Positions 53,086 through 62,431 of a stretch of 64,000 nucleotides of DNA are shown one piece after another. How positions within the stretch are numbered: position 1 is the first letter of the stretch; each line of letters opens with the position of its first letter. The DNA is from an uncultured virus (IMG/VR IMGVR_UViG_3300042881_000982) (lineage: Duplodnaviria; Heunggongvirae; Uroviricota; Caudoviricetes). The notes below the pieces were generated by a model. The model ran no database searches. It had not been told where the DNA came from and saw nothing but the letters and a program-made list of their open reading frames with translations. The translations under genes and the position numbers were made by a program. The stretch is from the IMG/VR virus record IMGVR_UViG_3300042881_000982; one strand, given 5' to 3'.

Positions 53086-55007
53086 TAGCGACGTCCATCC
53101 GGACGCGCATCGAGGCGGGGTGCGCCAAGCTGCCATTGGACACCGAGGGTCTCGGACCTGATCTTAAGCGCCATCTGGCGAGCGCGGGCACGCATGAAGA
53201 CCTGATCGGTATAGACGCCAACTGAATTTTCTATGACGCGCTGCGTATCAGCAGCATCCGAACTGAACGCACTGCCGGGGAAGTTGCGTGGTCGGATAGT
53301 CAACGTGACCTCAGGAGATGCAGCGGTCGAACCATCAAAACTAACGTCAGGTAGTATGCGTCGGGCCAGCATGAAGTTGTCGCCGTCGTCGAGATCAAAG
53401 TCCGATGATTGGATATAGCTGTCCATAGGCAGCACATCGTCGTCGATACCGTCTTCATGGTTATAAATGAAGCCGTCGCCAGTGGTTACTGTGCTACCTT
53501 CAACTGTAATTGGTGTGTTTGCAGCCTGCGGATACTGGCGGATCGGCGTATCGAGCCAAGCCGTGCGGTCAATCGAACCATAATACCAGATACGTTCGAG
53601 GTGGTTATAGATGACGTAAGCGTTGTTGTAGTCGCTATCAGCCGTCGGGTAGAACCACCAGACTTCGTTCCACTGCTCGTTGGTGCCGCAGACAATCTGG
53701 TCGGATTGGGCAAAGTTGATGTTGTTGAACACGTGGTTACGCAAGGTGCAAGGTAGCGTCTCGACGCGACCGGTATAGGCATAGAACTTATCTTGGCCCA
53801 TCCAGTAGGTGATGTTTGCAGCCGAAGCCATGGATCGCGGCGAAGCAATCGAGATGTTGTCCGCGTATTCCTGCAAACCAAACACGTCGGTCGTACCAAG
53901 GAACTGAAGCGTATACAGGTTGGTGTCAGTCCAAACCAAGATTTCCTGACGAGTTGGTAGTGCGCGCACGATACGCGAACCGCGAGATACACGGAGGTCG
54001 CCAGCAGTGTTAGTCTGGGTGGGGGTCCAATCCCCCGGAGTATCTTGGTCAGCCCAGCGGATCAACAGTGGGTCAAAGTCGTCAGGGTCCACACTTCCAA
54101 AGGGCACCGCGCCAAATGAAATAAGGTGTTTGTCCTGTTGCGATACCAGCAACTGCATGACCCGTATAGGAACGGCAGCAGCCGTATATCCTTCGTTCGT
54201 CGCATACTCCTGTAAGGTAATAGCGTGCGTGGCCAATGAGGTCTGCGGGTCGTCTGTTGGGCCACGAACCCACCAGTAAGGTGCACCATTGCGGATGTTC
54301 ATCGCAAGGTCGTTGTCGAAGTTGTCAAACCACCAGTCGCGCTGCGGAAGGTTGATACCGCCCGTGGTGCTACCTAGACCCCAAGCGTCACGCCCCCAAG
54401 TCCCCGCACCCCAACCAAGACCTGCGATTGTAATGGGGTTGCCCGGTTCAATTTCAGCTTTAACCGTGTAGCCCGCGCCACTTACAGAGGTGGTAGATGT
54501 AGCAGGTGTAGCTACCGTAAAGGTAAAACTGTTTGCTCCGGTCTTCGTGATTACGTGCGTTGTGTTTAGTTCGATGATGGGGATGCCGCCAAGAGCCGAC
54601 ACAAACCCAGCAACAAGCGCGGGTTCTCCCGTCACCAACCAAGATGGAAGTGGAGCAGTTGTAGTAACCGTGACGATTGCAGATAGGTTGGTTACTGCGA
54701 AGGTGTTGGACCCTGCAAGCGCTTCACCGAACGGAGTAATGTCGTAGTAGTAACCACCGTTCTCAATATAGGCTTTGGTGTCAGTCCCCAGTGCCAGCAG
54801 GTTATCGTTGAACGTCGTAATCCAGTTCCACATCTGGCGGCATACACCATCAAACGAATTAGGCGTAGGCTTTACCCAGCCACCAATCTTCTCCGGATAT
54901 CCTGAGCGAAACCGTATCTTGTCGCACTCGTACCAGCCGCCCTCGTTGGAGTAGTCGGTCTGGTCGCGGTTCACACCGGGCTTAAACTGGAGCTTGATGA
55001 AGGCCAT
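53085..55007 (-). CDS. Tail nozzle / DNA stabilization protein (P22 gp10-like)
   Basis: 640 aa beta-propeller-like; KPGVNR, RFRSGYPEKIGGW, IRWADQ, RTAW, C-terminal RPDGRR. Confidence 0.7.
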   Translation of the reverse strand: MAFIKLQFKPGVNRDQTDYSNEGGWYECDKIRFRSGYPEKIGGWVKPTPNSFDGVCRQMWNWITTFNDNLLALGTDTKAYIENGGYYYDITPFGEALAGSNTFAVTNLSAIVTVTTTAPLPSWLVTGEPALVAGFVSALGGIPIIELNTTHVITKTGANSFTFTVATPATSTTSVSGAGYTVKAEIEPGNPITIAGLGWGAGTWGRDAWGLGSTTGGINLPQRDWWFDNFDNDLAMNIRNGAPYWWVRGPTDDPQTSLATHAITLQEYATNEGYTAAAVPIRVMQLLVSQQDKHLISFGAVPFGSVDPDDFDPLLIRWADQDTPGDWTPTQTNTAGDLRVSRGSRIVRALPTRQEILVWTDTNLYTLQFLGTTDVFGLQEYADNISIASPRSMASAANITYWMGQDKFYAYTGRVETLPCTLRNHVFNNINFAQSDQIVCGTNEQWNEVWWFYPTADSDYNNAYVIYNHLERIWYYGSIDRTAWLDTPIRQYPQAANTPITVEGSTVTTGDGFIYNHEDGIDDDVLPMDSYIQSSDFDLDDGDNFMLARRILPDVSFDGSTAASPEVTLTIRPRNFPGSAFSSDAADTQRVIENSVGVYTDQVFMRARARQMALKIRSETLGVQWQLGAPRLDARPDGRR

Positions 55008-55010
55008 TAG

Positions 55011-55481
55011 CTACCTCAAAAGAATTAAGTCGGCGTTCCCCGAAACAACAACGTCTACGCTGCGCGGGGCAAAGTACAAACCTTGCGTAGCAGTTTTATC
55101 ATCAGCAGTCACCTCACCTTGAGCAACGGTAAAACCCCAGCCAGCAGGTAGCGTGTAGTCACCAGCTACATTAACGTGTCCGGTTTCGGTATCCTCAACG
55201 CTCGTCACTCCGTCCATGCACTCTACACACACCCACGCAACGCCTTCAGGGCCAGCAGTGTATGTGGCTCCCGATTGCTTATACTCAGGCGGATCGTTCT
55301 GGTAGCCGACAGACCAAGGGGGAAGCGTGTTACCGTCTTGGACACGCGTGCAAGCACCTTGGAAAACAAAACTAGAAATCCACCGGATATTGCTAATAGC
55401 CTTGAACACAAAGGTTTCGTTCGGGTCCATATAGACCACGTCAATCTGATAGCGTTTGTACTCGCGGCAGTAGTCGCGCAT
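55011..55481 (-). CDS. Hypothetical protein
   Basis: 156 aa, GGAGGAG RBS. Confidence 0.6.
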   Translation of the reverse strand: MRDYCREYKRYQIDVVYMDPNETFVFKAISNIRWISSFVFQGACTRVQDGNTLPPWSVGYQNDPPEYKQSGATYTAGPEGVAWVCVECMDGVTSVEDTETGHVNVAGDYTLPAGWGFTVAQGEVTADDKTATQGLYFAPRSVDVVVSGNADLILLR

Positions 55482-55567
55482 TACAACTCCTCCGCGTTAT
55501 GGGTGATTTCCAGATAAAGGTTCAGTTTCGGGATTTCGATTATTTCTACCCACTCGGCCATATCCAT
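55481..55567 (-). CDS. 28-aa hypothetical peptide
   Basis: MDMAEWVEIIEIPKLNLYLEITHNAEEL*; AAGGA RBS; TAATG overlap. Confidence 0.4.
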   Translation of the reverse strand: MDMAEWVEIIEIPKLNLYLEITHNAEEL

Positions 55568-55571
55568 ATCC

Positions 55572-56435
55572 TTATGCGGTCTTGATTACAACGCGACCAT
55601 TAGCGCCAGCGCCACCGTTTGAAATGGTGTTGGTGGCTACTGAGCCAGTGCCCCCCGTACCAACTGTAATTGTAAGCACAGTGCCAGCCGGGGAGGTGGC
55701 CACTGCGGCAGTAACACGCGAGTAACCACCGCCACCGCCACCGCCGCCACCCTGCCCATCGTTAACCTTACCGGCAATATATGTTGCGCCACCACTGCCA
55801 CCAGCACCGGGTAGGCCGCCGGGATTCCCCGGTGCTGAAAAACTGCTAACACTAACCGGAAAGCCGCCTACGCCGCCGGATGTAAATGCGTTGACACCAG
55901 CCGCAGTACCGCCACCCTCACCACTTTCTCCGCCAGACCCAGTCGAAATACCAAAGCCGCCTGAGCCGCCAGAAGTATTGGTTGAACCCCCTGAAGCAGT
56001 ACCACCTGCGCCGCCGGAGGCAACATCCCCTATAAAGCCTGCGTCATCACCAGCTTGGCCACCATCTGATGTAAGGCTCACGCCGGTTCCAGTAACTGAA
56101 GATGCCGTACCTGAGTTGGCTGCTGCGCTTATACTATACGATCCACCACCGCCGCCCCCGCCCCAGACTTCAATGACAGCCGTGGAGTAGCCAGAAGGCA
56201 GGGTAAATGTGCCGCTGGACGTAAAGGTAGTGGTACTTGGTACGAAATTACTCGTACCGTAGAAGTTCCGGATGCTGATCGCACCAGAGGAGGGCACAGC
56301 ACCGTAAGTGCCAGTCGTTCCCGGTGGAACCCGACCGCCTCCAGCGTAATATTCATTCAACCCGATAGGGTTCGACCCACCAAATTCACCTTGGATATCA
56401 GCGAGTGATAGCGGTCCGCTTGTAGGAAGAGGCAT
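55572..56435 (-). CDS. Glycine-rich tail-associated protein
   Basis: MPLPTSGPLSLADIQGEFGG, IS..NFYG, VWGGGGGG, GANGRVVI. Confidence 0.7.
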   Translation of the reverse strand: MPLPTSGPLSLADIQGEFGGSNPIGLNEYYAGGGRVPPGTTGTYGAVPSSGAISIRNFYGTSNFVPSTTTFTSSGTFTLPSGYSTAVIEVWGGGGGGGSYSISAAANSGTASSVTGTGVSLTSDGGQAGDDAGFIGDVASGGAGGTASGGSTNTSGGSGGFGISTGSGGESGEGGGTAAGVNAFTSGGVGGFPVSVSSFSAPGNPGGLPGAGGSGGATYIAGKVNDGQGGGGGGGGGYSRVTAAVATSPAGTVLTITVGTGGTGSVATNTISNGGAGANGRVVIKTA

Positions 56436-59089
56436 TAGATACTCCCAAATCCTGTGACGTTATTGAGTGCGGTAAACGCCCCGTTGCTCTCCAGCTTAGC
56501 GATGTTGGTTGCCCCGTATTTAAAGTACAGGACGCCACCGCTTTCCACGATGGAGAAGTTGGTCGTAACGAGGTTAGTCGCGTTTGTGGCTGTGCCCGCA
56601 GTTGTAGCTGAAGTAGCTGAAGTAGCTGAAGTAGCTGAAGTAGCCGTAGCGGCGTTGCCGGAGATGTTTATTCCCCAAGTGCCAGATGCACCGGTGCCGT
56701 CTGCCTTAGGGGCACCGACCGTGCTATAGTCAACCGTGCGTGCTGCGGACCCATTAAAGGTCGTGCCTGCCGCTGCGCCACCTGTGTTGGTGAAAGTTAC
56801 AGCGTTGGTAACTGATCCAGCAGTTGTAGCCGATCCAGCCGTTGTAGCAGACGTAGCCGTAGCGGCGTTACCGCCAATCGAAAGGGAGGAAGCAGTACCG
56901 GTCAAACCCGTGCCAGCGCCAGTGAATGACGTAGCACTAACGGTGCCACTAACAACTAACCGCTCCGAGGGACTTGCTGCGCCGATACCTACGTTTCCGT
57001 TGGAAAGAACAAAAACTTTGTTGTCGCCAGTCCCAGACCCACCTGCCCTAAGGAGGAGAGTGCCACTTGTCCCACCTGCAATACCTGCGGTACCAAGAGG
57101 ATCAGTAAACGCTATAAAAGGATTAAAACCGGAAGTTGACGTTACTTGGACAGCGGCAGTTGCAGTACTACCTTGCGAAACTCCCAGCGTTCCGGTCGGT
57201 GCAGCAGTCCCAATCCCCAACCGGTTGTTGGTGTCGTCCCAGAACAGGTTAGCGTTGTCCTGCGAATACACACCGGAAGTACCTGCAAAGACAACGGAAC
57301 CCACTGTTAAAGCAGTCGTCGTTCCTGTACCTCCGTTGGCGACAGGTAATGCAGTGCCGGAAAGCGTTACAGCCAATGTGCCCGACGAAGTAATAGGCGA
57401 ACCCGTAACTGACAGGAATGAGGGGACCGACATAGCAACAGAAGTAACCGTGCCACCACCACTACCTGCGCCAATTGCGGTACGGAAGTCGGCTGCGCTC
57501 AAAGCAGATACCGTGTTATTTGCGTTGAAACGTGGGAACGTAACCGCATCAGGGTTAGTCAGGGTAAACATGTTACCCCCAAGCGTCGTAGCCCCTAACG
57601 TGTTGTAACTGATCGTTCGGGCGGTAGAGCCGTCGAAAGTTGTCCCCGACGCAGCACCTGAGCCACCGTTGTTAAAGGTAACCGAATTGACAACAGACCC
57701 AGCGCTACCCGTGGTGTTCTGGTTGAGCGTTGGGAATGTGCAGTTTGTAAGCGTACCAGAAGAAGGCGTGCCAAGTGCGCCGCCCGGAGCGACAAAGTCT
57801 GTACCTGCGGTAGCGGCAGTAAAAGCCCCAGTCCCATTTCCCTTTAGAACACCCGTAAGGGTGGTTGCGCCTGTGCCGCCATTGGCGACAGGTAGCGCCG
57901 TGCCGGAAAGCGTGACTGCAAACGTCCCAGAAGCTGTGATACTAGCAGGAGTAACCGATAAGAACGTAGGCACCGTCATACCGACTGAGGTAACCGTACC
58001 CACGGTCGAGCTAGTACCCGCACCGATTGCAGTACGGAAATCAGAAGCGTTTAAAGCCGAGACCGTGTTATTCGCGTTGAAGCGCGGGAACGTAACCGCA
58101 TCGGGGTTGGTCAGGATAAACATATTACCCCCAACCGTAGTAGCCCCAAGTTCCGTGCGCGCACCAGAAGCAGTCGTAGCGTTCGTTCCGCCATTGGCGA
58201 TTGGGAGCGTGCCTGAGACCTGCGTGGTCAGGCTGACGCCGGAGAGTGTGCCGCCAAGAGTAAGCGAACCGGATGTAGTGACCGTACCGGTGAGCGTAAG
58301 ACCATTGACCGTACCTGTGCCACCAACCGAGTTTACCGTACCAGCGCCGAGGTTAGACCGTGCGGTTGGCGCATCAACTGCGCCCGTACCGCCATTGGTT
58401 ACTGCCAGAGCAGTGCCAGACCAGTTGGAGTTGTTGATCGACGAGAGAACAGCAAGAGAGCCAAGACCAAGGTTAGTCCGTGCATCCGCAGCAGTTGAAG
58501 CGCCTGTGCCGCCATCGGCAACAGCAAGGTCAGTGATGCCCGTGATTGAGCCACCAGTGACGGCGATAGCGTTTGCGTTCTGCGTGGCCATTGTGCCAAG
58601 GCCAAGGTTAGTCCGTGCACCCGAAGCAGTGTTGGAGCCTGTACCGCCTGAGAGAACCGGAAGGGCCGAGGCAAGCGTAAGCGATGTGAGGTGGGTAACA
58701 GTATCTACTACGTTAGTACCATTGTTGTAGACCCACATGGTTTTACCAGCCGGAACCGCAATACCTGTACCTGCGCTAGTCTTAACCGTGACCGTGCCGT
58801 CTGTGCCGTTGTTGACGATATACACTTTTTGGATAGCTGGGACGACAAGGTTATAACCCGTAGTCGCAGTACCCGTTAGGTTGAGGCGCATGTGGCGCGC
58901 TGACTGCGAAGCATTGGTATTGGACAGCGTCAGCGTGACATCAGCATTGGAAAACGCGACCGCAGCGGAACCAACAATGGCCTCTTCGAGTGCCGTACCG
59001 AGGTTGACGTTCGTGACGTCGCCCCATGTGGTCGAGTTCTCACCCGTGGTCATTAACTGGATTTTGAGATTGCTATACGTACTTGCCAT
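56435..59089 (-). CDS. Tail fibre protein
   Basis: 884 aa; GENSTTWG..TN, LPVANGGTG repeats, internal ~45-aa duplication, SAT tandem repeats. Confidence 0.8.
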   Translation of the reverse strand: MASTYSNLKIQLMTTGENSTTWGDVTNVNLGTALEEAIVGSAAVAFSNADVTLTLSNTNASQSARHMRLNLTGTATTGYNLVVPAIQKVYIVNNGTDGTVTVKTSAGTGIAVPAGKTMWVYNNGTNVVDTVTHLTSLTLASALPVLSGGTGSNTASGARTNLGLGTMATQNANAIAVTGGSITGITDLAVADGGTGASTAADARTNLGLGSLAVLSSINNSNWSGTALAVTNGGTGAVDAPTARSNLGAGTVNSVGGTGTVNGLTLTGTVTTSGSLTLGGTLSGVSLTTQVSGTLPIANGGTNATTASGARTELGATTVGGNMFILTNPDAVTFPRFNANNTVSALNASDFRTAIGAGTSSTVGTVTSVGMTVPTFLSVTPASITASGTFAVTLSGTALPVANGGTGATTLTGVLKGNGTGAFTAATAGTDFVAPGGALGTPSSGTLTNCTFPTLNQNTTGSAGSVVNSVTFNNGGSGAASGTTFDGSTARTISYNTLGATTLGGNMFTLTNPDAVTFPRFNANNTVSALSAADFRTAIGAGSGGGTVTSVAMSVPSFLSVTGSPITSSGTLAVTLSGTALPVANGGTGTTTALTVGSVVFAGTSGVYSQDNANLFWDDTNNRLGIGTAAPTGTLGVSQGSTATAAVQVTSTSGFNPFIAFTDPLGTAGIAGGTSGTLLLRAGGSGTGDNKVFVLSNGNVGIGAASPSERLVVSGTVSATSFTGAGTGLTGTASSLSIGGNAATATSATTAGSATTAGSVTNAVTFTNTGGAAAGTTFNGSAARTVDYSTVGAPKADGTGASGTWGINISGNAATATSATSATSATSATTAGTATNATNLVTTNFSIVESGGVLYFKYGATNIAKLESNGAFTALNNVTGFGSI

Positions 59090-59098
59090 CTTCGTTCC

Positions 59099-60061
59099 TT
59101 ACGTCGGTATCTGTACCCAAACAACGGTGTTGCCGTCTACCACTTGTACCCAATCCCCGGCTTGGGAATCATCAATCGTCTGCCAGCTTGGTGTTTGAGC
59201 ATCATTTATCGTCGCCCAGTTACCAGTTTGCGCATCATTAACCGGTTGCCAATTCGCGTCTTGGTTGTCATTGATAACGCCCCAGACAAGCGGAGTGGTA
59301 ACTCTACCTACCCCTTGTACACCAACAAGATAAACTTTGGAACCACCTATAACGGTGGCATTACCGATAGCGCCAGAAGCCTCTACGCCCGTGACGGGTA
59401 CGATTTTAGGTATGCGTACGACGACGCTGCCAAGATCAACAGTGGCGCTGACGCCTGTTGGGAAGACCGCAGCACCTGCGCTAGTAGCAACTGTACCGAC
59501 CGCACCTAAGGCTTCTACGCCTGTGGTGACTGCATTGGCCCCAGCGCGGGCCTGTACTGTGCCTATATCACCAAGAGCTTCGACGCCAGTAACGACTGCA
59601 CTTGCGGAGGCTGCGACATTGACGGTGCCAGTTTCGCCGAGAGCTTCGACGCCTGTTAGGAAGACCGCAGCGCCTGCACTGGTAGCCACCGTACCGATTG
59701 CGCCCGAGGCTTCTACGCCTATGGGAGTTATATTGACTGCACCTGTAGCGTTTGCGGTGCCCGTTTCGCCAAGAGCTTCGACGCCAGTTACGACAGCGGA
59801 TGCAGCGGCAGATACGGCAACAGTGCCGACTTCGCCAAGAGCTTCAACGCCTGTTAGGAAGACGCTAACAATCGACCGAGCATCAGCTTGCCCGACGTCT
59901 CCTATGGCTTCGACGCCAGTAACAGAGATATTAACTGCGGCTGTAACCGCAACGGAACCAAGAGAGCACGTGGCTTCGACGCCAGTTACATTCTGGTTGG
60001 CCCGGTTAGTTTCAAGAAGGTCCGCAAAGGCGGAAGCCGCGAAAGGAGAGAAACCGAACAT
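59099..60061 (-). CDS. Virion protein with ~24-aa Val/Gly/Thr repeats
   Basis: MFGFSPFA..F N-terminus; repeated TGVEALG(E/D)xGTV; C-terminal WxxxxDxQ repeats. Confidence 0.7.
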   Translation of the reverse strand: MFGFSPFAASAFADLLETNRANQNVTGVEATCSLGSVAVTAAVNISVTGVEAIGDVGQADARSIVSVFLTGVEALGEVGTVAVSAAASAVVTGVEALGETGTANATGAVNITPIGVEASGAIGTVATSAGAAVFLTGVEALGETGTVNVAASASAVVTGVEALGDIGTVQARAGANAVTTGVEALGAVGTVATSAGAAVFPTGVSATVDLGSVVVRIPKIVPVTGVEASGAIGNATVIGGSKVYLVGVQGVGRVTTPLVWGVINDNQDANWQPVNDAQTGNWATINDAQTPSWQTIDDSQAGDWVQVVDGNTVVWVQIPT

Positions 60062-60110
60062 AATTCTGCTTCCCTCCTTTCGTTATGGGTTGCTTGGTAC
60101 TAGCAGATTA

Positions 60111-60293
60111 TTAACCACCAAGATACTGTGCACCGGCAGCGGCGAGTGTGGCGATTACACCGAGAATCCCAGCTATCTTAGTTTTCTTACCAAACTTGGG
60201 TTTCGGCGCTTCGTCCATAGGCAGGATTTTGCCTGCGACTTTCTTAAGGACTGCCTTCTCGGCTTCCTTCTTCAATATGCTCTTAAAATCCAT
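60111..60293 (-). CDS. Small membrane protein (holin/lysis accessory candidate)
   Basis: Start ATG 60293 with AAGGAG RBS; C-terminal hydrophobic helix; downstream of the endolysin. Confidence 0.5.
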   Translation of the reverse strand: MDFKSILKKEAEKAVLKKVAGKILPMDEAPKPKFGKKTKIAGILGVIATLAAAGAQYLGG

Positions 60294-60304
60294 TGTCGTT
60301 CTCC

Positions 60305-60919
60305 TTATGCCCAAGCAGCGTACTTCTTGGTCTTCAGTTTGCGGTCATCGAGGCCATGTGTGCCCCCGTTGATCCGCTTCGTCAGTGCGAGGATCGCACC
60401 GTCGTTAATGCCTTGGTCACAGATACCCCAAAGCTTGTTTGCGTCAAAGAACCACAAGGCACTTTCAAAACCAAGTTCATTTGCAACGATGTCTGGATTG
60501 TCCAAAATCTCTTGTTCGCGACCAATGTACTTGCCGAATGCGCGGTAATTGTTCTTGCCCGTCAATTGGAGGGGGCCTCGGCCTTTGTACAGCCACCCTT
60601 CGCCTGATGCTTCGTCACCATTGCCCATGCGATTGGCGTAGACGCGGTTTGCAATTTTTTCCGGCTTACGTTCGTAGGCACGAGCCAGTGCATCGGTTGG
60701 AAAGTATTTACCGAAGATGCTGCGCAAGCCCTTGGCACTGTAGTTCAGGTTTTCGCTGAACGCCTTGAAGTTGCCCGACTCATGCGCCGTTTGAGCAAAG
60801 AAATGCGCAGCCCGATTAGGTGATAATTTATAAAAAGCCGCAGCCGATTTAAATGTACCCGGACCGAACGCACCATCTGCATGACATCCACATTTGTTTT
60901 GAAGATTGATTAAGCTCAT
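60305..60919 (-). CDS. Endolysin, glycoside hydrolase family 19
   Basis: DGAFGPGT; AHFFAQTAHESG, ENLNYS, YKGRGPLQLTGKNNY, TKRINGGTHGLDDR. Confidence 0.9.
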   Translation of the reverse strand: MSLINLQNKCGCHADGAFGPGTFKSAAAFYKLSPNRAAHFFAQTAHESGNFKAFSENLNYSAKGLRSIFGKYFPTDALARAYERKPEKIANRVYANRMGNGDEASGEGWLYKGRGPLQLTGKNNYRAFGKYIGREQEILDNPDIVANELGFESALWFFDANKLWGICDQGINDGAILALTKRINGGTHGLDDRKLKTKKYAAWA

Positions 60920-61386
60920 TTGCCAGCACTCCGCCAATCAGGGAAGTCATTTTCGTCAACCACGCCGTCACCGTTGGCGTCATAGCGTAGGTCGTTGCGA
61001 TACTTTTCCCATGGTTCCATGTCGTCGTCATCAGGTGTGTTAAGAAATTCAGTTTCGATGAAGACATGCGGTAACGGTTCTGGCGCAGGTGTGTCCAGTT
61101 CAAGCGGAGCTTCTGGCTCAGGTTCTTTGTCACGCGCATTAGCGTTAAGGCTAAGGCCACCGAGTAGGCCGACGAAGGCACCAATGATCGTCTGGAAGGC
61201 AGGATTAATCATATCCAAGACAGCGGTGCTGTCCACCACGTCGTTAGGCACAAACATACCCACAACAAGTGCCAGCACAACGACAAGAATAACTGCCGAT
61301 AGCGTGACGATTGCCACGCGCACAACAAACTCAACGGTGTCGTTGACGCCGTCATGCTTGCTTTCAAAACTACTCAGGAAGCTCAT
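60916..61386 (-). CDS. Two-TM membrane protein (holin candidate) with acidic EF-hand-like tail
   Basis: Start ATG 61386; two hydrophobic helices; DANGDGVVDENDF. Confidence 0.55.
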   Translation of the reverse strand: MSFLSSFESKHDGVNDTVEFVVRVAIVTLSAVILVVVLALVVGMFVPNDVVDSTAVLDMINPAFQTIIGAFVGLLGGLSLNANARDKEPEPEAPLELDTPAPEPLPHVFIETEFLNTPDDDDMEPWEKYRNDLRYDANGDGVVDENDFPDWRSAGK

Positions 61387-61672
61387 CTTTTTCTCCTTCG
61401 TCTGGCTTCTTGGGCTTGATTGAGCCGCTGCCCTGCCCTGCCATAAGTCCTGCCAATGCACCCACGATAAAAGTCGCTATCGGGTTAATCAGCTTAAAAA
61501 ACTCAGCGTCATTCGGGGACTGCCCCTCCATCGGCTGCGATACAAATATCAGCGAATACAACACCGTCGCCACAATGAACATCAACGTAAACGACAGGAC
61601 AACGCCGACAATGAAACGTAGCAGTTCCTCTGGCGACCAATACTTAACCTTCCTCGACAACTTCTTTCTCAC
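61370..61672 (-). CDS. Two-TM membrane protein (holin candidate)
   Basis: Hydrophobic helices flanking QSPNDAEFFKLINPIATF; start uncertain. Confidence 0.55.
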   Translation of the reverse strand: MRKKLSRKVKYWSPEELLRFIVGVVLSFTLMFIVATVLYSLIFVSQPMEGQSPNDAEFFKLINPIATFIVGALAGLMAGQGSGSIKPKKPDEGEKDELPE

Positions 61673-61838
61673 CTGTATCTATCAGCCATTCGGTGCAATA
61701 GCCCATAGCGATACAGCGAGGCTTCTTGCAGAGTTCGTCTTCCCAGTTTGCTGGGTCTTGGCAGTCATAACGGTAACGGTCTTGGCAACCCGAAAGAGCT
61801 ACCAAGACCAATAGCAAGCTAGCTACCCGCCGAGACAT
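61644..61838 (-). CDS. Cys-rich lipoprotein
   Basis: Signal peptide + lipobox LSGC; RYDCQDPANW...C..P.C....C. Confidence 0.65.
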   Translation of the reverse strand: MSRRVASLLLVLVALSGCQDRYRYDCQDPANWEDELCKKPRCIAMGYCTEWLIDTGEKEVVEEG

Positions 61839-62029
61839 TAGTTTACTCGTTGTTGCGGTATCTGCTCGTTGGCTTGTGTGAATACCTTACGGATAACCGG
61901 GTCGGAGACACGGTGCGGCATTTCAGCAAGCGCAGCGAGAACGGTGTTCAATTCTTGGATAGACAGGACGACCGTAATTTCCGGCGCGGCCTGCTTCTCA
62001 ACGTCATACTTATCAAGTTCTGGATTCAT
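61838..62029 (-). CDS. Hypothetical protein
   Basis: 63 aa, AAGGAG RBS. Confidence 0.6.
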   Translation of the reverse strand: MNPELDKYDVEKQAAPEITVVLSIQELNTVLAALAEMPHRVSDPVIRKVFTQANEQIPQQRVN

Positions 62030-62430
62030 TACTCTTCTCCTTCAGGTGCTGCGGTGGGGGTAACAGGGGGTGTTGGTGTTGGGGTTGGTGTTGGGTCCCA
62101 CGGGAAATCGCCTTCGGGGACGTCCACTACTGGGTCTTTGATTAGCGCAATCTGCTTGTTGATTTGCGCATCGACGTGCTCCTTGTAAGAACCGACAACA
62201 ACGGCTTCTATCCAACCAAGGACATCGGCTTCTGTCAAGTCTTCATAGGGAATGAACGTGGCCGGATCGAGGCTGTCCAACGGGAATGGCGTCGCGCCAT
62301 TAAAGGTACCGCTGTCGCCGTCTTCGTCCGTGCCGGTGCAGGTCCATGTGGATTGAACGACAAAGTTATCGACTGTGCCGTCTGTGGTTTTCTTCAGGGA
62401 CGTGATCGCCCAAGTGTACGTAAGTGCCAT
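62029..62430 (-). CDS. Tail-fibre-associated protein
   Basis: YTWAI, FIPYEDLTEADVLGWI, PW; follows the fibre gene. Confidence 0.6.
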   Translation of the reverse strand: MALTYTWAITSLKKTTDGTVDNFVVQSTWTCTGTDEDGDSGTFNGATPFPLDSLDPATFIPYEDLTEADVLGWIEAVVVGSYKEHVDAQINKQIALIKDPVVDVPEGDFPWDPTPTPTPTPPVTPTAAPEGEE

Positions 62431-62431
62431 A

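Noticed and set aside
56605..56645. 9-bp tandem repeat (AGCTGAAGT) as a phase-variation locus
   Set aside because: The unit is a multiple of three and encodes an ordinary SAT linker, so copy changes would not shift the frame.
56454..60548. Long plus-strand Val/Pro-rich ORFs (290, 353 and 403 aa)
   Set aside because: Antisense shadows of Thr/Gly-rich fibre genes.
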